A stretch of DNA of 64,000 nucleotides, taken from positions 1,072,793-1,136,792 of the forward strand of contig CAVPIB010000004.1 in NCBI GenBank assembly GCA_963704885.1, written 5' to 3'. This DNA comes from an uncultured Actinomycetes bacterium. GTDB lineage: Bacteria > Actinomycetota > UBA4738 > HRBIN12. Numbering within the stretch: the first letter of the stretch is position 1; every line of letters begins with the position of its first letter. The notes beneath the pieces are model-generated. The model was not told the origin of the DNA, ran no database searches, and saw only the letters and a program-made list of their open reading frames with translations. A program made the translations under genes and the position numbers. Of the stretch, positions 58,380 to 64,000 are shown in pieces.

Positions 58380-59479
58380 GCGACGTGCACCGCCTTCAGC
58401 GCCGGCTCTGCGAGCTCCTCCGGCACGGCGATCACCGGCAGCTCGCGCAGCACCGCCGGGATCTCGGGTAGCCGCCGCGCGCGCAGGTTCGCCGCGCAGT
58501 ACACCGACATCTGCCCTCGGTAGTAGGCGACCAGCCCGGCGGTTCGGGCGCGTGCCACGCGGAGCAGCTCGTCGCGCGCGACGTCCGCGTTCCCTAGCGC
58601 CTCCTCGTGCCGGTGGACGGCACGCGTCGCCTCGGTCAATCGCCGCTTGGCGTCGGACAGCTCCATCCGCGCGGCCTGCGTCGGGCTCACCGGATCCGCC
58701 GCCTTCCGCGCGGCCGGACGCGGTGCGTGCGCCAGGTAGGAGAGCATCGTCGTGCCCGTGTAGATCAGCAGGTTGATCACCAGGAACACCAGGCTGCCAA
58801 CGACCGGCCCGAGCACGTTCAGCCCGGTGACCGCGGCCTCCATCGACAGGTAGCGCGCGCGGATCAACGCGATCCCCACGAGCGCCAGCACCGGCACCGC
58901 GATCAGGATCCAGATGAACCGCCGCTCGGCCATCGTCGGCTGCTCCAGCCGCAGGAACGTGCCCAGGCCGTGCGCGCACACCACGAGCATCACCGCCAGG
59001 CCCGCGGTCATCACCCACGTGAGGACCTCCGCCTCGCCGAACAACCTGAACGCGATCGCGTTCAGCGGGAACTCGGCGAGCAGGATCGCGACGATCGCCG
59101 CTACGTAAACGCGCGTCGAGATCCGCGCGCCGGCAGGCGTCGGCGGCGCGAGCACTAGTTCCTCGCGATGCGCGTCCAGCGCGCGCCGCCGGTCCTGCGC
59201 CTCGGTGACGTCGACGTTGGCGTTCCGCACATCCTCCTCGGAGGTGCGCAAGCCATACGTGTCGGCGCCGGAGCGTTCGCGCAGACGCGCGTCCTCACCG
59301 GCCCACCATCGGATCAGCTCGGCGACGGCCTCGTCGGCCCGCTGCGCGATCGCCATCAACGCCGGCGGGTGCGCGACCTCGTTCGTGGTCGGGATGCCGA
59401 GCTGACCGTCGCGCTTGCCGTCACGGCGAGCCCGCACGCGGTCGCGGAGCCGGCCGAACGCACCAGGGGGAACCTGCAT
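58376..59479 (-). CDS. Uncharacterised membrane protein: coiled coil / 4 TM / coiled coil
   Basis: GGAGG RBS; four central hydrophobic segments flanked by charged helices; C-terminal YCAANLRAR; stop overlaps next ATG. Confidence 0.8.
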   Translation of the reverse strand: MQVPPGAFGRLRDRVRARRDGKRDGQLGIPTTNEVAHPPALMAIAQRADEAVAELIRWWAGEDARLRERSGADTYGLRTSEEDVRNANVDVTEAQDRRRALDAHREELVLAPPTPAGARISTRVYVAAIVAILLAEFPLNAIAFRLFGEAEVLTWVMTAGLAVMLVVCAHGLGTFLRLEQPTMAERRFIWILIAVPVLALVGIALIRARYLSMEAAVTGLNVLGPVVGSLVFLVINLLIYTGTTMLSYLAHAPRPAARKAADPVSPTQAARMELSDAKRRLTEATRAVHRHEEALGNADVARDELLRVARARTAGLVAYYRGQMSVYCAANLRARRLPEIPAVLRELPVIAVPEELAEPALKAVHVA

Positions 59480-59498
59480 AGGGGGAGCCTCCAGTTCC

Positions 59499-59547
59499 GA
59501 GGACGTCCCTCCGCCGGACGACCGGCGGAGCAGGGGGTGACGTCCTC
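59499..59547 (-). other. Long stem-loop in the 5' leader of the five-gene operon
   Basis: GAGGACGTC(59499-507)/GACGTCCTC(59539-547) enclosing CTCCGCCGG-ACGA-CCGGCGGAG. Confidence 0.65.
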
Positions 59548-59556
59548 TCTGAAGTC

Positions 59557-59578
59557 AAGGTACGCAAGGGCTCTGACA
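59557..59578 (-). promoter_or_regulatory. RecA-NDp (PafBC-type) promoter of the five-gene operon
   Basis: TGTCAG-AGCCCTTGCG-TACCTT. Confidence 0.72.
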
Positions 59579-59593
59579 CGAACGGGTGTTCGA
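59578..59593. promoter_or_regulatory. LexA SOS box (actinobacterial consensus)
   Basis: ACGAAC-GGGT-GTTCGA versus consensus TCGAAC-N4-GTTCGA. Confidence 0.72.
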
Positions 59594-59785
59594 GCCCGTT
59601 CGGTACCTGTCTTCACATGGCCGCGCGTTGTGATACCTGGCGGCCGAGAAGTATCACGAGGTGTCTAGAAGCGATCCAGCCACCGGAGCACACGGGCCAA
59701 CTGGCTCCTCGTCATGAGCGTGCGCGCCGCGCCGAACCGAACCCTTAGGGCGCTCCATGGCTCTCTCTCCATCAGGCTTCCGAAG

Positions 59786-60079
59786 TCACGGACCGGGTCG
59801 ACTCCCGGCGATCGAGAGCTCTTCACCGATGGCGAGGGCGAAGCGCTCGACGGTCGAGATGCGCGGATCGCTCTCACCACCTTCGAGGCGGGCCAGGGCG
59901 GACTGCGAGGTCCCCATCCGCGCAGCAACCACGGTTTGGCTGAGTCCGCGCTCGCCACGCCGTCTCGCAAGCTCTTTGATCAGAGCGCGGGCTCGGGTCG
60001 CAGCCTCGACCATGACCGGGAACTCGGGGTTCGCTCGGGTCCGCTCCTCGACAACCTCGTCCAACAGGTCCTTCGTCAT
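59786..60079 (-). CDS. XRE-HTH antitoxin (HigA-like)
   Basis: GLSQTVVAARMGTSQSALARLEGG..PRISTVER; GGAGG RBS. Confidence 0.88.
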   Translation of the reverse strand: MTKDLLDEVVEERTRANPEFPVMVEAATRARALIKELARRRGERGLSQTVVAARMGTSQSALARLEGGESDPRISTVERFALAIGEELSIAGSRPGP

Positions 60080-60125
60080 GTCCAGCACCTCCAGGATGGC
60101 ACTCTCTCATAGCGCATAAGAGATA

Positions 60126-60491
60126 TCAAGTTCGAGATACCGACCGGGACCTCCAGTCGCGCAGGCGCCGCTCAGCGAGTTGGATCGTCCGAGGCGGAGT
60201 CTTCTGCGACGTCTTCGCGAAGGCCTCGAGCGCCAACAAGATCTGGGCGCGACGACCCTCGGTTGCGAACAGGACTCGATAGGCGGCGCCATCGCCAACC
60301 ACCCTCACCTCGTAGATGTCGCCGTGCAGATGGCGAGCTCCCGACAGCCCTTCGACAGCAACTTCGCGCATCGCTACGACCACGGCTGCGGCGTCAGCGT
60401 CCGACAGCGTGCGGATGAAGTCCCGCACCGGACGATGGCCCGCACGCGTCGTGTAGTCGCGCCATCGCCGCCAGGTCGGGAGGTTGCTCAC
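60126..60491 (-). CDS. RelE/ParE-family toxin (HigB/Gp49-like)
   Basis: YTTRAGHRPVRDF, HLHGDIYEVRV, YRVLF, FAKTSQKTP; toxin lies upstream of HTH antitoxin. Confidence 0.88.
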   Translation of the reverse strand: MSNLPTWRRWRDYTTRAGHRPVRDFIRTLSDADAAAVVVAMREVAVEGLSGARHLHGDIYEVRVVGDGAAYRVLFATEGRRAQILLALEAFAKTSQKTPPRTIQLAERRLRDWRSRSVSRT

Positions 60492-60591
60492 GTGGCCTTC
60501 TTCTCATGAACCGGGGCGATCGTCTGTGAGCTTGGTCATGCTTGGTGTTTCTCACGGTCGCCGTTCGACGTGGACAGATGATTTCTGAGCG

Positions 60592-62285
60592 TCAAGGGTC
60601 GAGAGATCCGATAGGGGCGATCGATCGCGAGTTGCCATCGAGCCAGTCGCGGATCGCGAGCGTGGCCTCGACGTCGCCTCGGTTGTACGTGAGGAGCCAG
60701 TCCCGAGCCGCCAGACGCTCGGCCTCTGAGGACGACGAGCCGGCCGCGACCTCGTAGAGGAGCATCGACTCCTCGCCACCGGGATCGTCGACCTCCCAGG
60801 TGTATCCCGCGAGCGGAGCCACCACCTTCAGGCCGCTCCCTCCGCCGGTGATCAGCTGGCTGTCGAAGACGCGCAACATGTCGACCCAATCATCCGAGAC
60901 GATGAACGCCTCCACTTGGTCGAGCACCTCTCCCGTGATGCCCAGCTTGCGGAGGTACGTGTTCTCCGCCGCCGCGTTGTAGCAGTACGCGCGGAACGTC
61001 TGGCCGGCCGCGTGCGCTCCCGCGCGGATCGCCATCAACCAGTTCCAGAACTCCAGGAAGTTCGACGTCTGGACCTCGGGACCCAGCGGATCCCACGTCA
61101 CGAACGGCCGGTAGCGCCCGATCGGCGCAGGCATCGCCGATCGGTCGGTGAGGAGCGCTCCCCACAGGTACACGCCATCTTCGACGTTCTCCATGTCGAC
61201 ATCCACCTCGATGTCGCCCCTGGGGACCACGATCGCGCCGACCCCACGCCGCCGGTAGACGGGATCGGGTCCGAGCGCGGCTCGCGCCTGATCGATCTGC
61301 TCGGGGAGCGAAGACATCCCGGAGTCCGATGCGGTGCGGAGGTCGAGCGCGGCGAGCGCCGCGCGGTCGGTCACGCCGTGATCGTGGTGGATCTTCCACT
61401 CGCGCCAACCGATCCGAGGGAGCAGGCTGACGTCACCCGAGCCTGCTTCGAGCTGCGGGCGGCAGTGGTCCCACCACGGACACTCGGCACACTCCGCAAG
61501 CTTCACCGGCACGACGAGCAGCTCCACCCCCGGGTCGACCAGGTGCTGTTGCGCGACCGCGATGATGTCGAGTCGGAAGTCGAACTCGAAGTCGTAGACC
61601 TCCATCGTCGTCCGCATCTTCTGGGTGCCGGACGAAGACGGGGTCCGCCACATCGGCGCATCGAGGTCGTGCCACACGATCCGGCGCTCGACGCCGATGA
61701 TCCCGCCATGTCGGCCATCACCCGCGGCGACGCCGGCCGCCTCCAACATGCGCTGGTAGTGCGCGAGCTGGAGAAGGTCCCCTTTGTGCTTGCGCACGCG
61801 AGTGGTGTCGTCCGTCTCCGCGTCCTCGAACGCCGGCCGAGCGAGCTCCGAGCACGTGCTGCGGGAGACTCCGCGGCTCCGCTGGCTCGAGCGCCATATG
61901 GTGCTTGATGTCGACGGGTCGATATCCGCCACCGGGTGCAGCGACCAGGAGGTCCGGCTTGCCCACCCTCCTGCCGGTCGCGTCGCTCGGCAGCCGTCCA
62001 CCGAGGATCAGCGGGGATCCCGCCGCGATCGCCGCGGATGTCGCGACCTCGAGCGCGGCGGAGTCGGCGCCCTCCACGGTGATCGTGTCCGGATGCAGTT
62101 GGCGAAGGTCGGCGACGATCTCGGCCTCGAACAGACGCCCTCGCTCGGAATCGTCGTTCGAGGACAGGCGATGGAGAGATCGGCTCAGCAGGGCCGAGCG
62201 CGTCGTTCTGCGCGCGCACCGGACACTGCTTGGCGACGTAACCACCCTGGAGTGGCACGGACGAGATGTCGTATCGCGTCGTCAT
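60592..62285 (-). CDS. TM0106-family RecB-like nuclease with RNase H-like C-terminus (frameshifts near 62145 and 61855)
   Basis: GKPDLL..YRPVDIK, QLAHY, KQC + [31 protein letters not shown] across three frames. Confidence 0.8.
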
Positions 62286-62337
62286 TTGGCCCTCCGCGGG
62301 AAGACTACGGGAGCTGAGCGAGAGTACGCGCGCACGC

Positions 62338-62359
62338 TGTCGGGGCGGCAAGGTAGATT
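62338..62359 (+). promoter_or_regulatory. RecA-NDp (PafBC-type) promoter, leaderless, of the R-M gene
   Basis: TGTCGG-GGCGGCAAGG-TAGATT, 7 nt before ATG 62367. Confidence 0.75.
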
Positions 62360-62366
62360 CCGGGTC

Positions 62367-64000
62367 ATGCCTCCTTCGAGGACGTTCCTCGCCAATCGTG
62401 TTGGCGCGCGTCCCTGGAAGGTCCCGGATGGTGGGAGGGCCGCGTTCGAGCCGGAGGGTCTCTACCTCGGTAAGGGTGACAACGCTCTTCAGGTGGCGAT
62501 CGCGCAGTCGAAGTCGAAGCCGAACGTCCAGGACATCAGGAACCTGTGGGAGCGTCGGCAGAACAAGGGGGCCAGCCCACTCCTCCTTGTGGTCACCTAT
62601 CAGGGGCCAAGCGGTCCCCAGGCCATGGCGTGCGGACCGGCGGGCGAGCGGCCCCCGGTTACGCCAACGCTGGAACCCGGGCATCTTGAGCGGATCGCCG
62701 CCGCTGCTCTGGAGGAGCCCAATCGTCATGCCGCTATCCGCCTTCTGAACGTCGCTCTGCCCGATGCGCAATCCGATCTCCCAGGCATCCGGAACAACGG
62801 CATGTTTGCCTCCCACGAACTTCGTGCCGGGGTGCCGCTCAGGCAAGACTGGGCAGTAGCAACCGAGGCGTCCAAGCCGTTGCTGACGAAGCACGGCAAG
62901 CCGCTGGTCGAGAGTCTTGGCTACACCGTTGAGCCACGAGGAACGTCAGCGTCGCTCCTTCGTGCGGGCGAGACCGCGACTGCGATCGCAGTGTTCCTCG
63001 AAGAGAGCGAGACTCCAGAAGCTCCATCTCCGCGCTTCAACGGGCTCTCTCCGGTGTCTCAGGCGTTCGCCGAAGCGGACAAGGACCGATTGCCTTGGGT
63101 TGTGGTCACTCGCGGTCCTGAGATCCGGGTGTACTCGACCAACCCAGATGTCGGGGTCGGGCGCAAGGGGCGCTCGGAGACCTTCATCGGTATCAACTTC
63201 TCGCTCCTCCCGGATGACCGGGCCGGATACCTCTCGCTGCTCTTCGGCTCCGAAGGACTCCAACCGGGGGGTTCCTTCGAGCAGATCCTCGAACGCTCGA
63301 AAGACTTCTCTGCCGGGCTCGGAGAGCGACTTCGCGAGCGAGTGTATGTCGATGTCATCCCCGGACTGGCTGAGGCGATCGCCACGCGCTATGAGTTCGA
63401 TGAGACCGCCACCGATGCAGAGCTGGACTTCGTTTACCAAGCCTCTCTAGTCCTGCTCTTCCGCCTCCTCTTCATCGCCTATGCGGAGGACAAGGGTGTA
63501 TTGCCCTACCAACGCAACGGGATGTACGACCACCGGGCGCTGAAGACCCTTGCGCGGGAGTTCGCGCATCGAATCAACGAGGGCACCAAGGAGTTCGACG
63601 AGGAAGCCACAGACCTGTGGCAGCAGGTCAGGTCGCTCTTCAACGCGGTGAACGAGGGCAACTCGGACTGGGGGGTGCCTCCGTACGACGGAGGACTCTT
63701 CTCAAACGACCAGGTTGTTGAGGAGTCAGGCTACGAACTGGACAGCATCGAGCCGCTCACCAACGCGGAGCTTGGACCTGCCCTGTCAGCGTTGCTGGTC
63801 GATAAGGGTGACGACGGCGTTCTCGGCCCGGTCGATTTCCGCAGCCTCTCCGTCCGCGAGTTCGGCACGATCTACGAGGGTCTCCTCGAGTCCAACCTGT
63901 CGATGGCCGTGACCGATCTGACCCTCGACAGGAGCGGGACCTATGTGCCCGCCAAGAAGGAGCAGGCGGTTCACGTAGAGAAAGGCACCGTCTATCTGCA
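62367..64000 (+). CDS. Type IIG-like restriction-modification enzyme, N-terminal part (runs off window; absent from ORF track)
   Basis: Open frame [11 protein letters not shown]...; [50 protein letters not shown], motifs that normally precede the N6-adenine MTase domain. Confidence 0.82.
   Translation, partial: MPPSRTFLANRVGARPWKVPDGGRAAFEPEGLYLGKGDNALQVAIAQSKSKPNVQDIRNLWERRQNKGASPLLLVVTYQGPSGPQAMACGPAGERPPVTPTLEPGHLERIAAAALEEPNRHAAIRLLNVALPDAQSDLPGIRNNGMFASHELRAGVPLRQDWAVATEASKPLLTKHGKPLVESLGYTVEPRGTSASLLRAGETATAIAVFLEESETPEAPSPRFNGLSPVSQAFAEADKDRLPWVVVTRGPEIRVYSTNPDVGVGRKGRSETFIGINFSLLPDDRAGYLSLLFGSEGLQPGGSFEQILERSKDFSAGLGERLRERVYVDVIPGLAEAIATRYEFDETATDAELDFVYQASLVLLFRLLFIAYAEDKGVLPYQRNGMYDHRALKTLAREFAHRINEGTKEFDEEATDLWQQVRSLFNAVNEGNSDWGVPPYDGGLFSNDQVVEESGYELDSIEPLTNAELGPALSALLVDKGDDGVLGPVDFRSLSVREFGTIYEGLLESNLSMAVTDLTLDRSGTYVPAKKEQAVHVEKGTVYL

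Noticed and set aside
56664-59018. 784-aa single ORF
   Set aside because: Composite of an off-frame stretch, the VWA lipoprotein and the Cys-rich gene, joined by an extra base near 57796.
49300-62400. Integron cassette array or prophage as explanation of the island
   Set aside because: No integrase, shared attC-like repeats or phage structural genes are visible, and gene orientations are mixed.

Overview
High-GC bacterial DNA, most likely an actinobacterium (inferred from LLM/F420-type oxidoreductases, many apparently leaderless genes, and actinobacterial LexA and RecA-NDp promoter motifs). About ten single-base frameshifts fall in otherwise intact genes and are probably sequencing errors. 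Layout: (1) 1-5.6 kb, pyrimidine-catabolism operon (beta-ureidopropionase-like nitrilase, LLM reductase, ABC transporter). (2) 5.7-15.6 kb, mixed genes (STAND adenylate cyclase, DEAD-box helicase, sthA, GcvT-like, YbaK). (3) 15.9-27.1 kb, PotD-type ABC transporter followed by a nicotinate-degradation operon (Mo-hydroxylase, 6-hydroxynicotinate reductase, UPF0280, DUF1185, enamidase) and pncA. (4) 29.3-48.7 kb, a 19-gene catabolic cluster with two TenA proteins, a ThiXYZ-like importer, deaminases, ADH/ALDH, GntR, CoA transferase, epimerase and a B12 acyl-CoA mutase with unusual active-site residues; it looks like an undescribed thiamine/aminopyrimidine degradation pathway. (5) 49.3-64 kb, a defence-like island with seven toxin-antitoxin-type pairs, a TM0106 nuclease, a type IIG-like restriction-modification gene cut by the window edge, and an uncharacterised five-gene operon (membrane coiled-coil protein, VWA/MIDAS lipoprotein, Cys/His-rich membrane protein, small acidic peptide, thermonuclease). 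The strongest hidden signal is four exact and one near-match PafBC-type DNA-damage promoters (TGTCRG-N10-TANNNT) in island intergenic regions, one of them abutting a LexA box in front of the five-gene operon. No rRNA, tRNA, CRISPR array or transposase was recognised.
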